Of a DNA stretch of 64,000 bases, positions 19,994 to 29,301 are shown one piece after another. This DNA is from Blastocatellia bacterium. GTDB taxonomy: Bacteria > Acidobacteriota > Blastocatellia > HR10. Both the position numbers and the translations under genes were made by a program. Below the pieces are notes generated by a model. The model had not been told where the DNA came from. It searched no databases and saw only the letters and a list, made by a program, of their open reading frames with translations. The stretch lies in NCBI GenBank assembly GCA_035573895.1, contig DATLZR010000015.1:7387-71386 (forward strand), in the 5' to 3' direction. Each line of letters opens with the position of its first letter. Position 1 is the stretch's first letter.

Positions 19994-20097
19994 TTCATCG
20001 GCGAGGATCCTCTTCATAAAATCGTAGGGGATCGAGAAAATTTTGCGTCAGACCGTCCACGTGCCGGCCTGATGCTTCGCTCAACTGCCCCGCCCGG

Positions 20098-21396
20098 TCA
20101 GCTTCCCTCAGCGACGATATGGAAGGCGGCGGTTAGAGCCGCAACCAGCTCATCAATGTGATCTCGCGTGGCCGTCAAAGGGGGGCCGATCCGAATGACG
20201 TTTCCATACAGACCGCCCCGGCCAATGAGGACGCCTCGTTTTTTCGTTTCCTCAAAAACACGGCGCAGGGCCTCGGGATTGGGCTCCTTTGTCTTAGGAT
20301 CTTTGACCAGCTCGATAGCCTGCATGAGTCCCATCCCGCGCACATCCCCGATGACCTGGGGGTAGGCCTCCCGCAAAGCCTCCAGTTGCTCGCGCAGGTA
20401 GTCGCCAACGATACGGGCATTACGGGGAAGATCCTCCCGCTCGATCACTTCAATGGTGGCCAATGCCGCCCGACACGAGACGGGATTTCCACCGAAGGTT
20501 GAAAAGGTGAGCGTGGGATAGGCATCTGCGATCTCCGGCGTGGCAATAGTGACTCCGATGGGAGCGCCGTTGGCCAGTCCTTTGGCGAAGGTCATGATGT
20601 CAGGCTGCACGTCCCAATGCTCGATGCCAAACATCTTATCGCCCGTTCGGCCCCATCCCGTCTGCACTTCATCGCAGATAAAAATCCCCCCATATCGGCG
20701 GATGATGTCCACGACGACCTTGAAGTATTCTTTCGGCGGGACGATGAATCCGCCAACTCCCATGATGGGCTCGGCGATCAGAGCAGCGATCTTTCCCGAG
20801 GTCGTCGTTTGAATCAACTCTTCGACATCTCGTGCGCAGGCGATGTCGCAGGAGGGATAGGTGAGTTTGAGGGGACATCGGTAGCAATAGGGAGCCAGCG
20901 CGTGCACGACACCGGCAATGTACGGTGTACCCACCCGCCAGGGCGATTGACCCGCGACGCTCATCGTCAGTGCCGACCGCCCGCTGTAGCCATGACGGAG
21001 GGCGATGATCTCCTGCCGTCCGGTGTAGAGGCGGGCGAGAACCAGGGCTGTCTCGTCGGCCTCGGTGCCGCTGTTGGTGAAGAAACTTTTTTGCAACCGT
21101 CCGGGAGTAAGCTGGGCGAGCTTTTCGGCGAGGTCCGCCTGGGGACGGTTGATGTACAATGTCGAGGTATGGGAGATTTTTGCCACCTGATCCTGGACGG
21201 CGGCGACGACGGTCGGGTGAGCATGTCCGACACTCACGGTCAACACGCCACCGAAGCAATCGAGGTAGCGATTCCCCTGATCATCCCACACGTACATCCC
21301 CTCGCCCCGTTCGAGGATCAGAGGCTCCTCGTAGTAGAGACTGACGCAGGGAAACAGGTAGTCCTTTTGTTTTCTCCGAAGCTCGTGATCGGTCAT
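20098..21396 (-). CDS. Class III (PLP-dependent) aminotransferase, AGXT2/beta-alanine-pyruvate transaminase-like
   Basis: 432 aa with class-III fold signatures (GMYVWDDQGNRYLDCFGG, FICDEVQTGWGRTG, TFAKGLANG). Confidence 0.8.
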   Translation of the reverse strand: MTDHELRRKQKDYLFPCVSLYYEEPLILERGEGMYVWDDQGNRYLDCFGGVLTVSVGHAHPTVVAAVQDQVAKISHTSTLYINRPQADLAEKLAQLTPGRLQKSFFTNSGTEADETALVLARLYTGRQEIIALRHGYSGRSALTMSVAGQSPWRVGTPYIAGVVHALAPYCYRCPLKLTYPSCDIACARDVEELIQTTTSGKIAALIAEPIMGVGGFIVPPKEYFKVVVDIIRRYGGIFICDEVQTGWGRTGDKMFGIEHWDVQPDIMTFAKGLANGAPIGVTIATPEIADAYPTLTFSTFGGNPVSCRAALATIEVIEREDLPRNARIVGDYLREQLEALREAYPQVIGDVRGMGLMQAIELVKDPKTKEPNPEALRRVFEETKKRGVLIGRGGLYGNVIRIGPPLTATRDHIDELVAALTAAFHIVAEGS

Positions 21397-21399
21397 CGT

Positions 21400-22236
21400 C
21401 TACCTCCGGGGGCGTTTCTGCCCGGCCATCATTCCGTAGACCAAGGTACCGTGGAGAAATGCCGATTGGATCGTGGCAAATGATTCAACGAACCGACGGA
21501 TGGAAGGGCTGGCCCACGGAAGAAGCCATCGAACCAGGGGATGTTCTGTCCGCCGCCGACAGATCTCCCAGGTTTTGACGATGCGGTCGGTTGCGTTTTC
21601 GGTGACGAGGATCTCGATTCCCGCTTCGCCAAGCCACTCGCCATACTCCGACATTGTGGCGAGTGAGGGGCAGAGGAACCCTCGACAAACCGGCTCGATG
21701 AAGTTTCGCTCATCCTCAGCCGTGAGATTTTCCCCTTTCATCCAAGCGCACAAGGCCAAAATTCCCCCAGGAGCCAACCAGCGGCTACAGCTCTGGAAGA
21801 ACCGGCGCTTGTCTTCCAGGTGTTCGCTGCACTCGATGATCCAGATGACATCGAAGGACGCGTCGGGCCATGTCTGCTTTTGCACATCGCCCCGGTGGAT
21901 AGTCACCTGGCGATGGAGGTTTTTCCGTCGTGCGCGATGACGAGCCCACCAGGCCTGAATCGGGCTGAGCGTGATGCCCGTGACCTGACAGTGATAATTT
22001 TCGGCGAGCCACAAGGCGGCTCCCCCAAAGCCGCAGCCGACATCGAGGACGCGGGCCCCATCAGGAATCCGGGCCAGCGCAGCGAGTCTCTCGATAAGTT
22101 TCACCTGAGCCTGCGATTCGGACTCCCCATCCTCCCAGTAGCCGTGATGAATATGTTCGCCCCAGAGAAGCCAGTAGAAGAGGGCGAGCTGGTCGTAGTG
22201 GGCCTGAATATCCCGTGCTGTCAGGCGGTCACTCAT
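21400..22236 (-). CDS. Class I SAM-dependent methyltransferase (gamma-tocopherol MT / sarcosine-dimethylglycine MT / RebM-like subfamily)
   Basis: 278 aa. YDQLALFYWLLWGEHIHHGYW motif, SAM-binding VLDVGCGFGG. Sits 4 nt upstream of the aminotransferase. Confidence 0.75.
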   Translation of the reverse strand: MSDRLTARDIQAHYDQLALFYWLLWGEHIHHGYWEDGESESQAQVKLIERLAALARIPDGARVLDVGCGFGGAALWLAENYHCQVTGITLSPIQAWWARHRARRKNLHRQVTIHRGDVQKQTWPDASFDVIWIIECSEHLEDKRRFFQSCSRWLAPGGILALCAWMKGENLTAEDERNFIEPVCRGFLCPSLATMSEYGEWLGEAGIEILVTENATDRIVKTWEICRRRTEHPLVRWLLPWASPSIRRFVESFATIQSAFLHGTLVYGMMAGQKRPRR

Positions 22237-22330
22237 GGTGACGCGCTATTGTATCTGAGATCAGGATAGACAACAACCGGAGCCGGTGTGCTAGAATATG
22301 CCCGCCTTTTATGGAGGGAAGGAACGGTCT

Positions 22331-22828
22331 ATGAACTGGGCTCCCTACCTCTGGTTCATCGCCGGGGCGCTTTTCATCGTGGCCGAGCTTTTCACGTCGG
22401 GATTTGTTCTCGTCTGGTTCGGCATTGGTTCCCTTGTCGCCGGTCTGATGGCGGTCCTTCATCTGGGGATTGGCGCGCAGATGATGGCCTTTTTGGTCGT
22501 TTCCTCGTCACTGACGATTGCCTCGCGGACCATCTTCGAGAGATTCTTCATGCGACGGGCTCCCGGCAAGAACCTTCGGACGGGGGTCGAAGCCCTTCCG
22601 GGGCAGATCGGAGTCGTCGTCGAGCCCAGTCGCGGCGCACTGAACGAAGCCGCGGTGAAAGTCTTCGGGGCGATCTGGACGGCTTATCCGGCGGCCGGGG
22701 AACTGCCCTTGGATGTCGGAGAGCAGGTGGAGGTGGAGCGGGTCGAGGGAGCCACGCTCTATGTGCGAAGGGTCTCCCGCGAGCTGCCCTGGCGGCAGGA
22801 AACATCGAACCGTCACCTCTCATCCTGA
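22331..22828 (+). CDS. NfeD-family membrane protein (short form, partner of SPFH protein)
   Basis: I chose the ATG at 22331 after a GGAGGGAAGGAACGG RBS (MNWAPYLWFIAGALFIVAELF...). The longer track ORF starts at 22298. Two TM helices then a C-terminal OB-like beta domain. Confidence 0.7.
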   Translation: MNWAPYLWFIAGALFIVAELFTSGFVLVWFGIGSLVAGLMAVLHLGIGAQMMAFLVVSSSLTIASRTIFERFFMRRAPGKNLRTGVEALPGQIGVVVEPSRGALNEAAVKVFGAIWTAYPAAGELPLDVGEQVEVERVEGATLYVRRVSRELPWRQETSNRHLSS

Positions 22829-22857
22829 CCATTTCTGGGGGAAAGGAGAAACAGCTT

Positions 22858-23868
22858 ATGGACATTCTTCCGGGACTTGACACGTTTGTGCTGGCGATCT
22901 TCATCTTCCTGGTTTTCATCATTGCTCTTCGAGCGATCCGGATCGTTCCTCAAGCGACGGTGATGGTGATCGAGCGGCTCGGAAAGTTTCATGGTCTGGC
23001 GACGAGTGGGTTGAACGTGATCGTCCCCCTCATTGACAAACCGCGAGGGGTTTACTGGACGAGGATGAAGCCGGGCCTGACGACGATTGATCTGCGCGAG
23101 CAGTTCATTGATCTCCCTCTCCAGCCGGTGATCACCCGTGATAACGTGACGGTCAATGTTGACTCCATCGTCTATTTTCAGATCACCGATCCAATCAAGG
23201 CCGTCTATGAAGTGGCGGATCTCACCGGCAGCATCATCCAGCTCACAATCACGGCGATGCGCAATGTCATGGGAGAGATGGATCTCGACCATACCCTCAG
23301 CTCACGGGAGATCATCAATTCGAAGCTGCGCGTGATCCTGGACGAAGCCACGACCAAGTGGGGAGTGAAAATCACGCGCATTGAGGTGAAGAACATCAAC
23401 CCGCCCGAAGACATCCGTGTTACCATGGAGAAGCAGATGACGGCGGAACGAAACCGGCGGGCGCTTGTGCTTCAGGCGGAGGGAGAGAAACAAGCGGCCA
23501 TCGCTCGCGCCGAGGGCGAAAAGATGGCAGCCATCACCAAGGCGGAAGGAGAAAAGGAGGCGGCGATCCTGCGTGCTGAAGGCGCGGCCCAGGCCCGATT
23601 GCGAGCCGCAGAAGCGGAGGCGGAAGCGATCCGGCGGATCACCGAAGCGCTCGGTCATCTCGGCGATCCGGCCCACTACCTCATCACGCTGCGGTACGTG
23701 GACTCGCTGAAAGAAATGGCCGCCAGCCCGAACAGTAAGGTCATCTTCATGCCGGTGGAGACTTCCAGCGTCATGGCCAGCGTCGGCGCCCTCAAGGAAA
23801 TTCTCAGCGAAAAAGCCGAGAAAGAGCCGCTTCCTTCGTCCCCCGCGCCCCTTCGGTCGCCAGCATGA
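22858..23868 (+). CDS. SPFH/Band-7 (stomatin/flotillin-like) membrane protein
   Basis: Start at ATG 22858 after an AAAGGAGA RBS (MDILPGLDTFVLAIFIFLVFII...). The 526-aa track ORF 22288.. is an upstream in-frame extension with no coding character. Band-7 core plus a C-terminal A/E-rich repeat region. Confidence 0.85.
   Translation: MDILPGLDTFVLAIFIFLVFIIALRAIRIVPQATVMVIERLGKFHGLATSGLNVIVPLIDKPRGVYWTRMKPGLTTIDLREQFIDLPLQPVITRDNVTVNVDSIVYFQITDPIKAVYEVADLTGSIIQLTITAMRNVMGEMDLDHTLSSREIINSKLRVILDEATTKWGVKITRIEVKNINPPEDIRVTMEKQMTAERNRRALVLQAEGEKQAAIARAEGEKMAAITKAEGEKEAAILRAEGAAQARLRAAEAEAEAIRRITEALGHLGDPAHYLITLRYVDSLKEMAASPNSKVIFMPVETSSVMASVGALKEILSEKAEKEPLPSSPAPLRSPA
23475..23583 (+). repeat. Three imperfect 33-nt tandem units inside the SPFH gene encoding AEGEKxAAIxRA
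   Basis: EGEKQAAIARA / EGEKMAAITKA / EGEKEAAILRA: flotillin-like EA-repeat coiled-coil. Confidence 0.5.
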
Positions 23869-24191
23869 TAACGACCGGAGACTGCCACGGGAGGCTACTT
23901 TAGGAGGAGTTCGATACATCGTGTGTCACCTTTGCGGAGGCAGGGTCGAAGCCGGGACTTGCGCGCAGGAGGAGAAATTTCACCGCGCCGCTCGACTGGC
24001 ATCGAGAACTTTACGGAATGTCCTCGCGTGACGTACATTCCAGGAGTTCCGGCGACTTTCTCCATGCGCAGGGGGTCGTTATCCTCCCGGAAGGATCCGC
24101 GCACGTGTTTGACGACCCTTCACTCTATATGGTAGCCTGCTTTTGAACATGGACAGACCGGATGCAGAAGGACCATCCGACACGAGGTAAC

Positions 24192-24575
24192 ATGTCGGCG
24201 CGAATCACAGTGATTCTCTATATCCTCGTCTACTTCGAACTTGGAGCTGTGCTGATCATCTCTCCCTGGACGCCCTACTGGAACGACAATCTCTTTCTCG
24301 CCTATCTCGTTCAGCGAACGGGATCGCCGCAGCTTCTGGTGACAATGAACAGCGTCTGGCTGCGGGCCTGTGTGAGTGCTCTCGGCGTGCTCAACATCAT
24401 TCTCGGACTGATCGAGGCGTTTCGCTATCGAGACCTTGTCCGCTTGATCGAGCAAGGAAAAACCAAGCCCTCCCGATCCGCCGAACGGCCTTCGGCATCC
24501 TCCCGAGCCGTCACCGATGACCAAGCGACCGACAGTCCCCTGGATTTACCTGATCACCGACCGGAAGGCGTGTAA
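24192..24575 (+). CDS. Small integral membrane protein (hypothetical)
   Basis: I chose the ATG at 24192 after a GAGGT RBS. The longer track ORF starts at 24162. Two to three hydrophobic helices. The 3' end overlaps thiE by 59 nt. Confidence 0.4.
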   Translation: MSARITVILYILVYFELGAVLIISPWTPYWNDNLFLAYLVQRTGSPQLLVTMNSVWLRACVSALGVLNIILGLIEAFRYRDLVRLIEQGKTKPSRSAERPSASSRAVTDDQATDSPLDLPDHRPEGV

Positions 24576-25152
24576 GAATCAGGACCTGCTCGCACTCCTC
24601 GAGCAGGCGGGCGAAGCGGGCGTTGATCTCATTCAGATTCGAGAGAAAGACCTGTCAGCCCGCGCCCTCGCTGACCTTGTTCAGGCGGTGCGCCAGCGGT
24701 TGGCGTCGTCCCCGACGCGCGTGCTGGTGAATGATCGCGTGGACGTTGCGCTCGCCTGCGGAGCCGATGGCGTGCACCTGACGACGCGATCCCTGCCCAC
24801 AGCCGTTGTGCGGAGGCTCGTCGGTCGGGATTTTCTCATCGGCGTCTCCACTCACTCGCTGGAAGAGGCAGAGCGAGCCGAGAACGAAGGAGCCGACTTC
24901 ATCGTCCTCGGACCGGTTTTCTCCACGCCGTCAAAGCAGGATTTCGGTCCCCCGCTTGGACTCGCGGCATTTGAAGAGATTGCCCGCCGAATCACCATTC
25001 CCGTCCTGGCCATTGGAGGGATCACGCTCGACAGGGCGCCCGAGGTCATAGCCCGTGGGGCATCCGGAATCGCCGCCATTCGCCTCTTCGCTCAGGCGGA
25101 CTCGGTCGCCGGAGTCGTCGCCGCACTCAAATCATCCCGGCCCTCACTCTGA
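24517..25152 (+). CDS. thiE: Thiamine-phosphate synthase
   Basis: 211 aa. WIYLITDR, HLTTRS, GADFIVLGPVFSTPSK, AIGGIT motifs of ThiE. Confidence 0.9.
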   Translation: MTKRPTVPWIYLITDRKACKNQDLLALLEQAGEAGVDLIQIREKDLSARALADLVQAVRQRLASSPTRVLVNDRVDVALACGADGVHLTTRSLPTAVVRRLVGRDFLIGVSTHSLEEAERAENEGADFIVLGPVFSTPSKQDFGPPLGLAAFEEIARRITIPVLAIGGITLDRAPEVIARGASGIAAIRLFAQADSVAGVVAALKSSRPSL

Positions 25153-25281
25153 GGGCAATACCAATCGCCTTTTGAAAAGCCCTCAGGCGGATACCCGGTC
25201 ACGGGATCAGTCCCCAATCCGCTCCTGCCCGGTCCGCAAGGGGTAGAAGAACCGATACGGGAATTGCCCGGTGTCACTGAG

Positions 25282-26445
25282 TTATCTTTGAGATCGGCCC
25301 ATTTCGCTCGGCGTGGGCGTTGGTTGACGAAGTTCCGGGCTGGTGAGGGATTTCAAAAACTCGATGAGGTCGCGTTGTTCGTTCTCGGTGAGGCTGATCG
25401 GATGAAGATCCCAATCACGGTAAGGATTATCCCGCCCACCTTGCATGTAGAACCGAATCACCTCCTCGAGAGTGGCGGCGCTGCCGTCATGAAAGTAGGG
25501 AGCCGTCAGTTCGACGTTTCGTAAGGAAGGAGTTTTGAACGCCCCGATGTCCAGCGGATGACCGGTGACGAGGAATCGCCCGAGCGACGATCCGCCGGGT
25601 TCTCCCTCCAGACTCTTCAGGTCAGCGGGGGAGAGGGGTTTCCCCAGCATCCGACGCACTCGCTCCACCAGAGGAAGAAAGGCGGGATCATTCACTGCCA
25701 CTCCGGTGTTGTGATAAAGCTGGTCGGTGAAAAAAGGAAAGGCTGTATTCACGAGATGACAGGTTGCGCAGCGTGCCTTGCCTCGAAAGAGAGCCAATCC
25801 ACGACGGGCCGCCTCGCTCAGAGCGTCGGTCTCTCCCGCCATGAATCGGTCAAATGCCGAATTCCCCGCGATCAGCGTTCGCTCATAAGCAGCGATGGCG
25901 CGAGCAATTCCCTCGCTCGTCACTGTCGAGCCGAACGCCTCGCGAAATTGTCGGACATACTCGGGCACGGCTCGCAGTCGAGCGACGACATCGTCCACAG
26001 ACGCATTCCCCATCTCATCGGGATGAACGAGCGGAAGCAGCGCCTGCGCTTCGAGCGAAGGAGCCCGTCCATCCCACAACTGACCGGCGTGAAACATCGC
26101 GTTGATGAGCGAGGGCGTATGACGCTTTCCCGTCCGCCCGCCGATCCCCACAGCTCGGGGTCTTCCATCGGTGAACGCGCGGGCCGGATCGTGGCACGTT
26201 GCGCAACTGATCGTTCCGTCGGCAGACAATCGAGGATCGAAGAAGAGCTGCCGACCCAGCTCCACTTTCTCCGGCGTCACCGGATTATCCCGCGGGATGA
26301 AATAGGCCCACACCTCCAACGGGATACCCAGGGGAGCCTTCTCAGCACGTAACGGTCGAGCCAGCAAATGAGGGATCAGAACCAGGAGACAGAGGGCACC
26401 CATGGCGATCCCCGGACGACCGACGCTTCGTTCGTTCCCCTTCAT
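25282..26445 (-). CDS. Di-heme cytochrome c peroxidase (CcpA/MauG family)
   Basis: 387 aa. Two CxxCH heme sites (CATCHDP, CATCHLVN), signal peptide. The start may alternatively be the internal ATG at 26403. Its ATG overlaps the stop of the upstream ORF. Confidence 0.85.
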   Translation of the reverse strand: MKGNERSVGRPGIAMGALCLLVLIPHLLARPLRAEKAPLGIPLEVWAYFIPRDNPVTPEKVELGRQLFFDPRLSADGTISCATCHDPARAFTDGRPRAVGIGGRTGKRHTPSLINAMFHAGQLWDGRAPSLEAQALLPLVHPDEMGNASVDDVVARLRAVPEYVRQFREAFGSTVTSEGIARAIAAYERTLIAGNSAFDRFMAGETDALSEAARRGLALFRGKARCATCHLVNTAFPFFTDQLYHNTGVAVNDPAFLPLVERVRRMLGKPLSPADLKSLEGEPGGSSLGRFLVTGHPLDIGAFKTPSLRNVELTAPYFHDGSAATLEEVIRFYMQGGRDNPYRDWDLHPISLTENEQRDLIEFLKSLTSPELRQPTPTPSEMGRSQR

Positions 26446-27164
26446 TGCTCAGCGATCCCCTTGACGATCAAGGCAACGAGACGATCCGCTCCAGAGGTCG
26501 TTTTCAACCTGACGGCAACAATCACACGATCCGCTTCGCCAACGGTCACCGAGGGAAACTCCTTCTGTCCCTCCGCCGAAGTGAGGCTGAGGGAGGCGGG
26601 ATGGTTCGTCCCGGCAGCACGGGCGCTCATCTTCACCAATTGCTCGAAGGGAATTTTGGCTGAGGCATCCCGGTCATCGGCTACCGGGACGAGCAGAAGA
26701 AAATCACGGTAAGGGGAGATCCCCATGTGATTTCCGTCGGCCGGATGAAGCGCGTAGCGCAGCGTGTAGATGCCCGACTTGATGGCCTGTCCGCGAAAAT
26801 CGTTCGTCGCCTGAGCAAAGGAAATAACGCCGATCAAGGTTGATTCAGCCCATTCCGTGTACAAGGTTCCGGGAATGTCGGCCTTCGCTTGTACGGGCAC
26901 CTCCCGGCGAAACCAGATATCGCAATAGACGCTCCCGTCGGCGAGTCGAATGCGGTACCCGCGCTCGTCAAGCACAGCGCGAACGGATTCCGACACGCTC
27001 GGATCGGTGAGAGGACCGAGAGGTTCCAGCTTGACGGTCTGTGCCGGAAAGCCGGGGGCGAGAAGCACCAGCAGGAGAATGCACGTTCCGGGCCATCTCT
27101 TCCACAGAGCTGACAGGAAGGAAGGCCCGGGCAAGCTGCGGGAAGCCGATCTTTTTTGTTTCAT
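26442..27164 (-). CDS. Secreted hypothetical protein co-transcribed with the cytochrome c peroxidase
   Basis: 240 aa. Signal peptide (WPGTCILLLVLLAPGFPAQT). No recognised domain. 4-nt overlap with the CCP start. Confidence 0.55.
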   Translation of the reverse strand: MKQKRSASRSLPGPSFLSALWKRWPGTCILLLVLLAPGFPAQTVKLEPLGPLTDPSVSESVRAVLDERGYRIRLADGSVYCDIWFRREVPVQAKADIPGTLYTEWAESTLIGVISFAQATNDFRGQAIKSGIYTLRYALHPADGNHMGISPYRDFLLLVPVADDRDASAKIPFEQLVKMSARAAGTNHPASLSLTSAEGQKEFPSVTVGEADRVIVAVRLKTTSGADRLVALIVKGIAEQ

Positions 27165-27336
27165 CCCTCGTTCAATCCCAGGTTCGCGTGCCGCCTCATC
27201 TGCAATCCACCCGCGCCGCAGCGGCAGTGGTCAGACGCACCCACACGATTTTTCCAGAAGGGACCCGGCTGCCCCTGTTATCTGAGTCCCTTCATCTTTC
27301 CCCAGAGAAGAGAGCCCGCATCGAGCCCGGCCCCGA

Positions 27337-28012
27337 TTATCGGGCAAAACTTCCGACAAAAGCGCTTCGCTTCTCGTGGCGTAACCAGACGACGCCCAAA
27401 TCTGGTCCCTGATAGCGATCCACTGTTGCGACGGCGGGCATCGCGTGAGACATTGGAGCGAGCGGAGGATAGTAGATCACTTCGTTTCCGCAGAGATGAT
27501 CCTTGTCGCTGAGCGCGCGCGTTTCCACCACAGCTCGCGATCCTGCCCGAAGGACGACTTTGCCGTAGTGACCTCCTTCGTGATCAACGAAGAAGGTGAT
27601 GGGTGCCGTCTCGACCCGAAGGATGTCGCCGAGCAAGGGGCCGGCCATCGCCTGAGCGAAGCGAACGAGGGCCGTCTGTTGCTGCGGACGCGCGCGTTCG
27701 TCCACGATGACGACGGCCTTGGCGGGATAGGGGGTCGTCGTCGGATCACCGAGCGTGGCGCTCGCTTTGACGACGCCCACAACGGTGAGTCCGTCCAACG
27801 GAATGCCCTCCCACTGTCCGCGCTCGACGTGCCAGGCTAAAATGGCGTGATCGCCCGAGAGTCCCATTTCCGCATTGGCATAGCAGGGACCGGTCCACAC
27901 GTCGGCGCTGCGCGTCTCGACATAATCGCCGCGAATCTGCTGGCCATAGACAGCAGTTCCGCCCAGAAAGAGGAGAAGGGTGACGATGCTTCCCCTGAGA
28001 CCTCGCCGCATG
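27337..28012 (-). CDS. Secreted hypothetical protein at the distal end of the Mo-hydroxylase operon
   Basis: I chose the ATG at 28012 after an AAGGAGGG RBS. The longer track ORF runs to 28110. Signal peptide MRRGLRGSIVTLLLFLGGTAVYGQQ. No recognised domain. Confidence 0.5.
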
Positions 28013-28082
28013 GATTTCCCTCCTTTCCAGCCTCCGTGAAGGTCGGGAGCCCGTAGAAACAGGCCCCGCCGGATGCCGGAGG

Positions 28083-28313
28083 CTAGCTGATTTTGCCTGT
28101 TCCAAAGCATGGCCTTTCCCGTGACGAGCAGCTTACCGGATCAACCGCTTGCCCGTCAGGACCTATCACCGTCTGGGTAAAGATACACCAGTAGAGACCA
28201 TCCCGGCTAGGGAACGTCACTTCGCCGGGAGCCGGTTGGACGAAGCGGTCCTTCCAGCAGAGATGAGGACACAGGTCCTCCAGCGTGACCGTTGCGAAGA
28301 GTGGATCACTCAT
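28083..28313 (-). CDS. Small Cys-containing hypothetical protein (76 aa)
   Basis: ATGA overlap with the stop of the FAD-subunit gene. Cys pattern CPHLCW...C...C...C. No homology assignable. Confidence 0.35.
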   Translation of the reverse strand: MSDPLFATVTLEDLCPHLCWKDRFVQPAPGEVTFPSRDGLYWCIFTQTVIGPDGQAVDPVSCSSRERPCFGTGKIS

Positions 28314-29299
28314 CGTGCACCTCCTCGGGCCGCCTGCACGAGGGCCCGTTTGACGGCAACGCGGGCGAGTTGAATCTTGTAGGCATTTTGGCTCAGAGGC
28401 TTAGCCGGAGCGACCGCTGCCCGCGCGGCTTCATCGGCCAGCGCATCGCTCATCGTCTTGCCCACGAGAACACGCTCGGCCTCAGCCGATCGCCAGGGAA
28501 CCGGCGCGACGTGCCCCAGAACGACGCGCGCCGACTCAATGCGCTGACCGCTCATTCGGAGAGCAACCGAGGCCGTTGCCAGCGGCCAGTCGAGAGCCTC
28601 CCGTTGACGCACCTCATAGGTGGCACTCACCAGATTGGTCGGCGGCGGGATGAGGACCTCGGTGACCAACTCGTTGGATCGAAGATCGTATTCGCGTTCG
28701 GTCTCGGATCGCGGCGCACGATAAAACGCCTCCAGGGGAACTTCTCGCGCCCCGCGCGGGCCGAAGATACGAACCCGCGCGCCGTAGGCGATGAGCGCCG
28801 GGGCTAAGCTGGAGGGATTGACGAAGTAGGCAGGGCCGTCGGTGCCCAGGATGGCGTGATAGCGATTATCTCCCTCGAGCACCAGCGAACGGCCGGATTC
28901 ATCGCGCGCCAAAAGTCCGAAGCCAGCGCGAAAATACCAGCAGCGGGGCCGTTGACAGAGGTCTCCGCCGACGGTGCCCCTGTTTCGGATCTGTGGACTC
29001 CGTACGCCCTCGGCTGCCGCTACCAAGGCGGGATACCGGCGGGCTTCAGGGTGATCAAGCAATTCCTGGAGCGTGACCAGTGCGCCGATGCGCAGTCCCC
29101 GGCTGGCGCTGTAACTGATCCCTTGCAGCTCCTTGATCCCCTTGATGTCAACCACTCTCTTCGGCCGCACGATATCATCCTTCATGAGCGCGAGCAGATC
29201 GGTTCCACCGGCGAGAATTTCCGTATCGCCCCAGGCGCTCGCCAGCAGGGCGACGGCTTGTTCCTTCGTTGTCGGATGGGCATACTCGAATGGACGCAT
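28310..29299 (-). CDS. Molybdenum hydroxylase FAD-binding subunit (CoxM/XdhB-like)
   Basis: 329 aa. ILAGGTDLL, GTVGGDLCQRPRCWYFR FAD-binding signatures. Confidence 0.85.
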   Translation of the reverse strand: MRPFEYAHPTTKEQAVALLASAWGDTEILAGGTDLLALMKDDIVRPKRVVDIKGIKELQGISYSASRGLRIGALVTLQELLDHPEARRYPALVAAAEGVRSPQIRNRGTVGGDLCQRPRCWYFRAGFGLLARDESGRSLVLEGDNRYHAILGTDGPAYFVNPSSLAPALIAYGARVRIFGPRGAREVPLEAFYRAPRSETEREYDLRSNELVTEVLIPPPTNLVSATYEVRQREALDWPLATASVALRMSGQRIESARVVLGHVAPVPWRSAEAERVLVGKTMSDALADEAARAAVAPAKPLSQNAYKIQLARVAVKRALVQAARGGAR

Positions 29300-29301
29300 G
29301 G

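Noticed and set aside
22288-22857. N-terminal 190 codons of the 526-aa track ORF 22288..23868
   Set aside because: Arg/Gly-rich non-protein-like extension overlapping the NfeD gene in another frame. The real SPFH start is the ATG at 22858 with a good RBS.
23921-24031. Possible 36-aa peptide VCHLCGGRVEAGTCAQEEKFHRAARLASRTLRNVLA with an AGGAGGAG 11 nt upstream of a GTG
   Set aside because: GTG start, long SD spacing, no conservation evidence. The Cys pattern could be chance.
24100-24520. Looked for a TPP riboswitch upstream of thiE
   Set aside because: No CUGAGA / pyrimidine-sensing helix signature. thiE is immediately preceded by (and overlaps) a coding ORF.
25151-25190. GAGGGC...GCCCTC inverted repeat after thiE
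   Set aside because: 24-nt loop containing the only T-run. Not a convincing intrinsic terminator.
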